In this document: one piece after another, positions 9,683 to 18,813 of the stretch
Numbering within the stretch: position 1 is the first letter of the stretch
Layout: the number at the start of each line of letters is the position of its first letter
NCBI RefSeq assembly: GCF_963506605.1
Contig: NC_083276.1
Span: forward strand, 45,880,001-45,944,000
Length of the DNA stretch: 64,000 nucleotides
Direction: 5' to 3'
Source: Zootoca vivipara
Lineage: Eukaryota
Notes under the pieces: generated by a model
What the model was told of the DNA's origin: nothing
The model's database searches: none
The model's input: the letters and a program-made list of their open reading frames with translations, nothing else
Program-made: the position numbers and the translations under genes

Positions 9683-12303
9683 GAGGCTAACAACGGGGTG
9701 AGAGTGACATCCATTTGCCAAATTGAGAGAGGGGCAATCCCTCTGGGATTGACAGCATCAAAAGGAATCATGGTAGGGGCTTTAGAACAAGAAGAACATT
9801 GCGAGACAACGTCTCGTGCCTGAGAAATTGATGTTTGAAAAGACTTGGCAAGAACCTTGGCAGATTGGTGAAAGGTGGCATGGCTCAGCAGAGGGTCAGA
9901 AAACAAAGAAAAGACCCGCTCTTGCTTCAAGGCAGCATCTGCTACAGCCTTGCCATGTGCCAGAAATCCTGGCAGATTAGAATGAGAACGCAGGTGGGCC
10001 ACGAAAAAGGAGTGGCTACGAGCCTGTAGCAGACGCTGCAAAGAGAGAAACAATTGCAACAAAATCATCATCCAGAGCAGGATAATGTATGCCACTGACA
10101 AGAATGTTAAAAATCTGGAGACATACTGAGTATCAACAATCAGGTTAAACTTCACATTCTGAAACAGATCAAATGCCAAGATCACCACAGCCAATTCAGA
10201 ACGCTGAGCGGAGTTCTGCTCCGTTGTAAATCTTGTCTTCCAGGCCCCCTCCTCCCTCCACACAACCACCCCCCTCGTCTTTGTCCCATCTGTGAAGAAG
10301 GTGAGAGCAAAGGGGATAGGGGAGGGGGAATAGGAGACAGAGGAAAGAAAAATCAATGCCACAACACGTTGTCTTCCCTTGATAACAACGTCCATAACAG
10401 CTGCTGGAAAAGTATAGACATTTCGCAGTGGTGCATGTGGCAAGTGTAGCCATTCAACAAGACAAACGCGAGACTGAGAAAATTCTGCAGGCCGGTAGAG
10501 AACAGCTGTGGGCAGCAATTTTGTGGCAAAAACAGCCAATGACAATAGTCCTGTGGAATCCAGGCGATCCACCATAGATTTTTGCAAATGGTGATTAATC
10601 GTTGCCAGGGCTGATTCGTTGCCAGGCATATCCTGGGTTACCGGTGTGATGTCTGCCGGTTGCTTGTGTCCTTTCAGGGCATTGTACAGAGGTGATAGTA
10701 CACACGTTGGTAAGTCTATGTATGATTTTGCCCAATTCGAATGTCCTAACAGCAGTTGTAGATCCACCAGCCAGAGTACAGCTGGAAAATGCAGCTGCAG
10801 TATCAGGGGGGGTGCTGCTTGTTGCGTATCCTTGTGTTCCAGGTATGTGATAGGCAGGGTGCGTTGAATTTTTTCCGGGGCGATTTTAAGCCCTGCAGAG
10901 GTGAGATCCTCTGTCAGCTGGTGCACCCATGTTTCAGGAATGTCTTTAGCGGCAAGCAATTTTGCTGTGTGGGATTCAGAGCCGATTGATTGACAGGCTT
11001 TTAACATGTCGGCTATTGCCACATTAGGTGTAGCTACCAGCGGGCGCAAAGATTGTTTACAGTCATCATTGGCATTATCAAAGGCTAATTGTCTGATGAT
11101 TACTCCTTGCGCTGCTGTATCTTGAACCTGGCGTTTAAGGGTATTGTACAGTCTATTTATGAAAGCGCCATAAGGTTCAGTGGGTCCTTGCTGCACGCTC
11201 CCCCATCGCCCCCCTTTTCCTAACTTCACAGGAGGAACAGACATCAAAGCCTCCTGGGCAGCTGAATTTGTGGCGTCCCAGTACTGAGGATCCAGAGCCA
11301 ATTGCTGCGCAGTTGTTAAAAAATTCCCAGCCCCTGTGAGACCATCCAGGACGTCTCCAGGTGTTAACATAACAGGGGGAGGGAGGGGGGGTGCCCCTGC
11401 TGCCAGAGCTGCAAAGGCATTGGCATGTGCTGCCAGTGTAGCATTATTCAAATATGTTTGGATATCATGGACTCGGCGTTGACAAGCCCAGGTCCAACTT
11501 TGCATAAAAATTATCATTTGATTTGGTTTGAGCACTGTTCTAGCCAGTAATTTAATAACCTCTGGCAATAATTGCTGTTGAAAAATAGTGCCAAAGAGAC
11601 CAAGAGTATACGGGGAATGCAATCCATTGTCTCTTACTGACTGATACAATTCTTTGATGTATCGGAGTTCAAATTGCTCGTGCCGTGGTGCCCCACCCCC
11701 AGGTCCCGCAGGCACAATCACAGTAGACTCAAAAGCCAGCAAAGGAGCTGCTGCTTTAAGAGATTCCTGGAGCTTTGTAGTATTCCCCCCCTCCTGCTTC
11801 ACAGTGGGCATGGTACTTTGAAATGCAGGCAAAACCTGAGAGACATAGGCTGGAGGGGGTGGGGTGGCAGACAAAGAAAGTTGCTGTTTTCCTGGCGGAG
11901 TTAAATTAGGTGGGTCCGGACCAGGAGGGATGGGGGCAGGCAATGCCGGAGAAACAGAAGGCTTCAGTGGGGGAGGCGTGCATGCGGGCGGTGCAGAGGG
12001 GAGGCTGGAAGCAGCTGCCAGAGAGATATTCTTTGGCACGACTAGTGCCAAGCATGCTCTTATTTTTCCCCATGTAGTTAAGACACGTACTCCAATGCTG
12101 GGATGAGCATGAAAATGTTCACCAAGTTTGTCCCAAAAATCTAATTCCCAAGTTCCATCCTCCGGAAACCATGGACAGTGCTCATAAGCAGTATGAATAA
12201 AAGCAATAAGATCGTCTTCTGAGGCATGCTGATTGTTAGAAGTCAGCAGGTATTTTAAGTCTTGAAGAAAACGTTTCTGTGGCACGGAAAGCGAAGTGCC
12301 CAT
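9553..12303 (-). CDS. gag-pol: ERV Gag(MA-CA) fused in frame to partial RT, RNase H and the IN N-terminus (916 aa)
   Basis: MG start, PPAY late motif, MHR QQGPTEPYGAFINRL, GLKIAPEKIQ, RNase H FTDG/SAQRSEL/IVDTQY, IN HATFH..CSSC and WQMDVT; no NC, PR or YMDD. Confidence 0.85.
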   Translation of the reverse strand: MGTSLSVPQKRFLQDLKYLLTSNNQHASEDDLIAFIHTAYEHCPWFPEDGTWELDFWDKLGEHFHAHPSIGVRVLTTWGKIRACLALVVPKNISLAAASSLPSAPPACTPPPLKPSVSPALPAPIPPGPDPPNLTPPGKQQLSLSATPPPPAYVSQVLPAFQSTMPTVKQEGGNTTKLQESLKAAAPLLAFESTVIVPAGPGGGAPRHEQFELRYIKELYQSVRDNGLHSPYTLGLFGTIFQQQLLPEVIKLLARTVLKPNQMIIFMQSWTWACQRRVHDIQTYLNNATLAAHANAFAALAAGAPPLPPPVMLTPGDVLDGLTGAGNFLTTAQQLALDPQYWDATNSAAQEALMSVPPVKLGKGGRWGSVQQGPTEPYGAFINRLYNTLKRQVQDTAAQGVIIRQLAFDNANDDCKQSLRPLVATPNVAIADMLKACQSIGSESHTAKLLAAKDIPETWVHQLTEDLTSAGLKIAPEKIQRTLPITYLEHKDTQQAAPPLILQLHFPAVLWLVDLQLLLGHSNWAKSYIDLPTCVLSPLYNALKGHKQPADITPVTQDMPGNESALATINHHLQKSMVDRLDSTGLLSLAVFATKLLPTAVLYRPAEFSQSRVCLVEWLHLPHAPLRNVYTFPAAVMDVVIKGRQRVVALIFLSSVSYSPSPIPFALTFFTDGTKTRGVVVWREEGAWKTRFTTEQNSAQRSELAVVILAFDLFQNVKFNLIVDTQYVSRFLTFLSVAYIILLWMMILLQLFLSLQRLLQARSHSFFVAHLRSHSNLPGFLAHGKAVADAALKQERVFSLFSDPLLSHATFHQSAKVLAKSFQTSISQARDVVSQCSSCSKAPTMIPFDAVNPRGIAPLSIWQMDVTLTPLLASFFKTAPHGGHVFGLHLGDALKRGDSQARNTAHSALFFGHGKA

Positions 12304-12456
12304 TGTAAATGCAGGAAGAGAAAGATAAGCAACAGCTGGGAGCTAACTCACCGGGGATCCTGAGATGAGGTAGACGTCTGAACCCTTGCCGGGCGGGTGA
12401 GTAGCTGATGCAGGACCACGACGTGCGTCCTTTCAACAATGGCGTAGAACTTTTTG

Positions 12457-12474
12457 GCCTCACACGGGGCACCA
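12457..12474 (-). promoter_or_regulatory. ERV primer-binding site, elongator tRNA-Met type
   Basis: TGGTGCCCCGTGTGAGGC 2 nt after the 5' LTR; complementary to the vertebrate tRNA-Met(e) 3' end ...CCTCACACGGGGCACCA. Confidence 0.8.
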
Positions 12475-12476
12475 CT

Positions 12477-12839
12477 TGTCGGAGAACCAGCCGACTCTTA
12501 GGTGCGAGGAAATCACGAGACGAGAGTCAGGAGTTTCAGATTGAGAGCATGAGCAGAGTGCTGAGCGAAGTGCTGCCTGCCTCTCAGCCTCAGCTCCTTT
12601 ATTATGGATGGTTTCCTTGTAAAAAACATTAACCTTTTAACCTATACATGACTCATGCAAACAAGGAAGATGTGTAAACAGACAGGCTGGCGCCAGTGGT
12701 CCTGTGGTCCTGTGGTAAATCACTTGATTGATTACTCCCCAATAAACCTGTGCCTTACACAGAGAACTCCATTTGTACATTCCCACAGAGTGTTTCCTGT
12801 GTATTTTCCCACAGAGTGTTTCCTGTGTATATTCCCACA
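12477..12839 (-). repeat. ERV 5' LTR
   Basis: Direct repeat of 7304-7666; - strand AATAAA at 12598-12603; 26-bp tandem repeats in U3. Confidence 0.95.
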
Positions 12840-14046
12840 GAAGTGCACTGGAAATGACCTCTTCTGGGTCGGGAGAGGCCCATACGCATGCGCAGAAACG
12901 ATTTTCGGTTATTTTTTTTCAGATCTGGAAGTGCACCGCCGTGCAGTGCTCCGCAAGAGCAGGCAGCGGGCGGCGGGGGTCGTCGCGGGCCAGATTGGGA
13001 GGCCAATTGGGCTGCATCCGGCCCGGGGGCTGTAGTCTGGGGACCCCTGACTTAGAACTCTTACTAGAAGTTAGGATGACTTTACTCTATATAAGAGTGC
13101 AAAGTTCTGTGAAACGATTTGGTATTCTTCCCCCCCCTTTTTTTTAATAAAAAAATCACTCTTTGGGTGAGGCATATTACGGTATATCAAAAACAAAGGA
13201 ACAAAATATATGGGGAGTTAAAAGGTTGAAACAGGCTTGACATCCACTTGATTGGAAAGTAGTTTTGGTATCTTTCACCCTACCCCACCCTTCCATTCAT
13301 ACTATTCGTGAATGGATTACCTATAAGGTATTCCATTCTATGGTAGATTAAAAATGAGTTCGTTCATTCAAACATCATTAAGAATAATACTTGTTAGTTT
13401 CCGCTTGGCATTCCTACTTATGTGGCTGAGTAAGATTTACAGTACTCAAATCCAGTTAACAATTTTATAGTTAAAACAATAGGCATCTATGATGGAATAC
13501 TACGTGTTTTCTCTCTCTCTCTCCCCACACACACATACTGCCATTGCAGGAGGCTGGACTAGATGACCCTCAGGATTCCTCCCAACTCTACCATTCTATG
13601 ATGATGAAATACTATACTACGTGTGTGTGTGTGTGTTTATGTGTTTGTTTGTTTATTTATTGTATAAAATCTATACACTGCTTTATTGTAAAAATCCCCA
13701 AAGTGGTTTACAACAGACAAGCCAGTAAAAGCAAAAATAATAATAATTACAACCCTACTTTAAAATGTGCAAAAGTAAAAATACTAAAACTGGTTACAAT
13801 TACCTCAACTTTCTAAGCACCTGGGTAGGTTTGTCTAAATAAGAATGTTTTTAAACAGGGGTAGAAAAGAGAACTGTGAATATATGTGTGTGTGCATATA
13901 TAGATGTGTTCCTTTCTCAAACGCGAATCCCCAGATGTTGCACTACAATTTCCATCATCCCTAGCTACTACTAGGACCAGTGGTCAGGGATGATGGGAGT
14001 TGTAGCTCAACAACACCTGAAGGCTGATGTGTGGAGCTGGTATATA

Positions 14047-14272
14047 CAGTGGTACCTCAGGTTACAGACGCTTCAGGTTACAGTCTCCGCTAACCCAGAA
14101 ATAGTAACTCCGGTTAAGAACTTTGCTTCAGGATGACAACAGAAATCGTGCTTTGGTGGCGCGGCGGCAGCAGGAGGTCCCATTAGCTAAAGTGGTACCT
14201 CAGGTTAAGAACAGTTTCAGGTTAAGAACGGACCTCCAGAACGAATTAAGTTATTAACCCGAGGTACACCTG
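14047..14272. mobile_element. Tc1/mariner (Tigger-like) MITE
   Basis: CAGTGGTACCTC...GAGGTACACCTG ends flanked by TA. Confidence 0.7.
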
Positions 14273-14599
14273 TAGTGCATTGTAGTCTGAGGTCGGCACT
14301 TGCTCAGAGTCCAAGCTCGCACTGTTTTGAGCCTGGTCCTCAGCTATCCATGTCTCCACTGTAAATGGAGAAAGCCACCTTTCTTTGTTTCTACAGAGGT
14401 TCCCTACAAATAAAAGGCAAGTGTACAAAACCAGGACCTACCTCTGTAAAAACAAACAAACACTCATTTCAGAGATAACATGTTTTTCGGCCGGAAAAAA
14501 GTATTAGAAACAGTTAGTCTGTTAAAGCCCATAAAACAATTTGTTCTACCAAGAGACTCTGGCTGATTTACTACAAATTCCTATTATCCCCAAGATGTA

Positions 14600-16152
14600 C
14601 AGTGGTGCCTCGCTAGACGAAATTAATTCGTTCCAGGACTCAATTCGTCCTACAAAAATTTTGTGTAGCAAGGCACCGTTTCCCATAGGAACGCATCAAA
14701 AGTCAATTAATGCGTTCCTATGGGCTCTGGGGGCCTGGCGGCGGCAGCGGTACTTGCTCTTTTGGCTCGGGGAAGGCAGGCAGGTGCTTGTTCTCTTGCC
14801 TGCCTGCCTTCCCCGAGCCAAGAGAGGTGTGTGCCACCGCCTCGCCCGACAGCCGGCATTTGACAGGGCTTCCGAACCCCCTTCAGATGCGGGCTCTGTT
14901 GGGCGGGGGGGGGGGGGAGAGGAACGAAGGAAGAGAAAGCAGCCCTTTCTCTTCCTTCCTTCCTCTCCCCCTGCCGCCAGCTTTCCCCCCACCCCGTCCG
15001 ACACAGCGGGATCGGAGGAGAAGCCTCCTCCTATCTGCGCTGTGTCGGACGGGCTGAGGGGAAAGCGGGGCTTTCGGCAGCCAGCGAAAACGTCCCCGCA
15101 CTGGCGGGCTTTGGCTCCGGGTGATGGGGCCGAAGTGCGCCGGTGCGGGGGTGTTTCGCTGGCTGCCTTCCCCTTGAATTGGGGAAGGCAGCCAGCGAAA
15201 ACGTCCCCGCACCGGCGCGCTTTGGCTCCGGGTGATGGGGCCAAAGCGCGCCGGTGCGGGGGTGTTTCGCCGCCCCCCGCAAAAGCAGGCTTGCTAGCCA
15301 CTGTTCCAACAGCGCCTAGCAAGCCCGCCCAGGTGAGGGGGTGGGCGGTGGGAGCAGCGCCCGAAAGGGCTCATTTTGGGCGCTGCTTCCGCCACCCCCT
15401 CGCAACAGTAGGCTTGCTAGCCGCCATTCCAATGGCGCCTAGCAAGCCCGTGTCGGGCGGTGGGAAGCGCAGGATCCTCCGCTTCCCCCCCACTGTCCGG
15501 GGATCAGACGAGGCTGGAGAAGCCTCGTCCCATCCTCACAGTGTCGGGCGGTGGGGGGAGCGGAGAATCCTCCGCTTTCCCCCACCACACACTGCCCGGG
15601 ATCGGACAAGACTTCTCCAGCCTCGTCACATCCCCGCAGTGTCGGGCGGTGGGGGGGGGGAGTGGAGAATCCTCTGCTTTCCCCCACCACACACTGCCTG
15701 GGATCAGACAAGGCTTCTCCAGCCTCGTCCCATCCCCGCAGTGTCGGATCCTCTGCTTTTTGGATCCTCCACTCTCCCCCACCACACACTGCCCGGGATC
15801 GTCCCTTCCCCGCCTCGTCAGGCAGTGGGGGGGGAAGCGGAGGATCCAAAAAGCCCCCGCCGTGGACTGGCTTGGCGGTGGGGGGAAGAATCCACTTCTC
15901 CCCCCCCCTTCTTCCCGCGCTACAGCCTTTGTGTTCCCCTGGTCTCTGCCGGTTGCCCCTCACCGGCAGAGACCAGAGGAACACAAAGGGGAACGAGCTG
16001 CAGCGCAGGAAGAAGGCAAAGGAAGATCATCTGAGAGGCGGTGACAGCTGTCAGCACCTTTCAGCTGATCTTCCTTTGCCTTCTTCCTGTGCTGCAGCTC
16101 GTTCCCCTTTCGCTAGAGAAATGCCCTGTAGGTTTTGTGATCGGAGGTTTTG
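14600..16152. mobile_element. GC-rich non-autonomous Tc1/mariner-like insertion with ~100-bp internal repeats
   Basis: Starts CAGTGGTGCCTCG; TA duplicated (14598-14599, 16153-16154); empty site GATGTATTTAAATC in the paralogous flank at ~22053-22066. Confidence 0.7.
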
Positions 16153-17309
16153 TATTTAAATCAGTTTGTATATGTGTGCAGTGTAATGTTGTAACTCTTT
16201 GTGACCTATTTCAACTATATATTACTTTTCAAAACTGCATTGAGGACCCCCCCCACACACAATCAAGTAGTATATAAATTTTATTAAATAAATAAACATT
16301 TGCAGTTGCCATCATCTTTTTTAAAATCAAAATCAAAATTAAAAAGAATAGATTGTCAGTAGGGCAGAGACTCTTTATCTCAAAACCTTTATCTTCAAAA
16401 CCAGGAAATTAAGATATGCTATGGAACTTACATGTTCTTTTTCGCAACTAGATAGTCTGGAAGTAGCAAAGAGGGTGGCCAATGGCATACACTAATTTGA
16501 TTGTTTTTCAGTGCAACTACAATGACAATGTTTTCAAATTTTGAAGAAAATGAAGCAACTTTAAGCAATGTAATATTACCATAATTTATTTTACATAAAT
16601 AAAAAAGTACTTATTTTAAAGTCACATTAAGTTATCTTCTGTATGACAATATGCCTTACATGAAGAATTGTGTATCATTAAACATAAATAATCTAGTGTC
16701 TAGTCTTTTATCACTATTTGCTTCCTGTATCATTGGGTTGCTAATAAGCAAATTCAAACCATCATATCAAAGGGACCTAAAAAGATACAGAGAACTGTGG
16801 AAGCAAAAATATTAATGTTATATGGACAAAATATAAAACAATCTTACCAATAAGAAACATTTATTTATTTGTTTATTTAAAAATGTGAAAAAAACAGTGC
16901 TTAAGAACTGAAAGCAAAATGCCTGCATTTTTTATCTGATATAGGTGTAAAATGGCTCAGAGGTCCATTAAATGAGATTTCTTAATTTTCTGAATAATCT
17001 CTTCTGAATAAATCCTCAAGAAAGATAACTGTATGGACAGCTGATATGGACAAAATAATAATACATTAAGCCATTTCAACTCCATTTAGTCATGGAAATA
17101 GGAGAAAAATAAAAAAATGTCCAATTTGGACATACATTACAATCTTTGAAATAAAATTTATTTTTAAAAATTTATTTTTGTCAAATTCCCTCATCCTGAA
17201 AAAGTGATGTAGATACGCCAGTTGTATAAGGTTATTGTGAAGCTCCAGAATTCTAATGATAGATTATTTGTCTTACATTGAGGGTGGTCCATATAGACTT
17301 CGTAACACA

Positions 17310-17502
17310 NNNNNNNNNNNNNNNNNNNNNNNNNNNNNNNNNNNNNNNNNNNNNNNNNNNNNNNNNNNNNNNNNNNNNNNNNNNNNNNNNNNNNNNNNNN
17401 NNNNNNNNNNNNNNNNNNNNNNNNNNNNNNNNNNNNNNNNNNNNNNNNNNNNNNNNNNNNNNNNNNNNNNNNNNNNNNNNNNNNNNNNNNNNNNNNNNNN
17501 NN
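17310..17502. other. Assembly gap
   Basis: N run. Confidence 1.
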
Positions 17503-18633
17503 TTGTTTCCCCTATGTGAGCATGGAAGAGAGCAAGCAAGCAGGAAGGAAGGTGCATGGGGGTCAGACAGGCAAGTCATTCTATCAGTTATATTTTATTT
17601 ACACAATTGGAATTAATTTCAGGAACCAAAATGCTTTTTTCTGTGCAGCCTGAGCAGGAGCAGTGAACACTGTTATAGTTCATTATTATAGCTTGTTTTC
17701 ACTTACCTCACATTTCTGAAGAATATCTGAACATTATGAATGGTCTGTTTCACCAATAAGAAAAAGAGGTTGGAATAGGCCAATATATATGTGATTTGTA
17801 CTTGGATAAAGGTGACTTTTCTTCTTTAAGTCCTTAAATTTCTTAACCCAGCTCAAGGTAGTCATCTGAACTAGCCAGAAATTTAACTGATAATCACAGT
17901 CAGTCCATCATTTGAAAAATAAGAATTTAGAGCCACCTGATGCTAAAATGGGAACTAGACATTACATTTTGGCGAATGTAACCTTGGTTTAAGGAGCCAT
18001 TTACTGCCTGGCTTATATACATGAGTTTCTAACACTGACCACTACACTGACCACTAAGCCACCTAGCAGCTGCATTTTGTACTAGCTGCAGCTACCAAAC
18101 CAAGTGCAAGGGTCATCTAATTGTAAAGTTATCTTGTCTGTGGTAATGGGAACAGCAGATTCTAGCAGCAGAACAGCCTTTATACACAGCACATCATGAT
18201 TTGATGAATCACGTTCAAGTATACAAACCCCCTTTTTAACAGCCCCTCTGTTACCTCAGTGACCTCCTCCCTACCCTGAAATTTTGTAAGTTATTAATTA
18301 AAATCATGACAAGTCCTCAGGCTATGACCATTTACTTTGATGTCTCACTATAGCATTGTGCTTGGGGAGCTTAAGATTATCTGTGAAGAGGATCACTCCA
18401 GTGCAAGCAAGATAGTAACATCCCCCAAGGAGCCTCTCTTAAATAGAATTCATACCGTATATATTGTATTAGTATGAGGTTAGTGATTTTGGTTATTTTT
18501 CACTCCCCTAACATCTTGGCCCAAAAATTGTCTTCAGAACATCCTGTCCTTCCTGTAACTGCCCTTTTTGCTAACCATCTTCTAGGTTCTCCCCCACCCT
18601 TTCCATTCTCTCCCCATTCCGTCTTGTTAATAA

Positions 18634-18690
18634 CCAAGCTCCGCCCACATTCCAAAGGGAAATCTCCTGACAGTTGCTATAGACAGAATC
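18634..18690 (+). promoter_or_regulatory. Conserved ADAM proximal promoter (GC box + RFX X-box-like), copy 2
   Basis: CTCCGCCCACATTCCAAAGG...GTTGCTATAGACAGAATC; recurs upstream of all six ADAM 5' ends in the window. Confidence 0.6.
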
Positions 18691-18813
18691 CTTCTCCTCT
18701 ATCTAACATGCAGCCTTCTTCCTATCTTGCCTTGCACCCACAAGAAGCTTCCCTATTGAGAAAGACAAGCAAGAGTGGAGTGGTCTAGTGAATTATTTCA
18801 CCGATCAAGGAAA

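Larger units (their letters stand above)
7304..12839 (-). mobile_element. Endogenous retrovirus: betaretrovirus-like (class II) gag/pol, gamma-type env, internally deleted
   Basis: Two 363-bp TG...CA LTRs, 6-bp TSD GAAGTG (7298-7303, 12840-12845), PBS, PPT, gag/pol/env remnants. Confidence 0.95.
7088..13049. mobile_element. hAT (Charlie-like) MITE split by the ERV; halves 7088-7303 and 12840-13049
   Basis: 16-bp TIR CAGGGGTCCCCAGACT; 8-bp TSD ACTTAGAA (7080-7087, 13050-13057). Confidence 0.85.

Noticed and set aside
14541-16159. 497-aa ORF and overlapping ORFs
   Set aside because: GC-rich repetitive interior of a TA-flanked insertion; ORFs in several frames and no domain motifs
17253-17616. 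ORFs spanning N runs (also 50803-51093)
   Set aside because: Artefacts of assembly gaps
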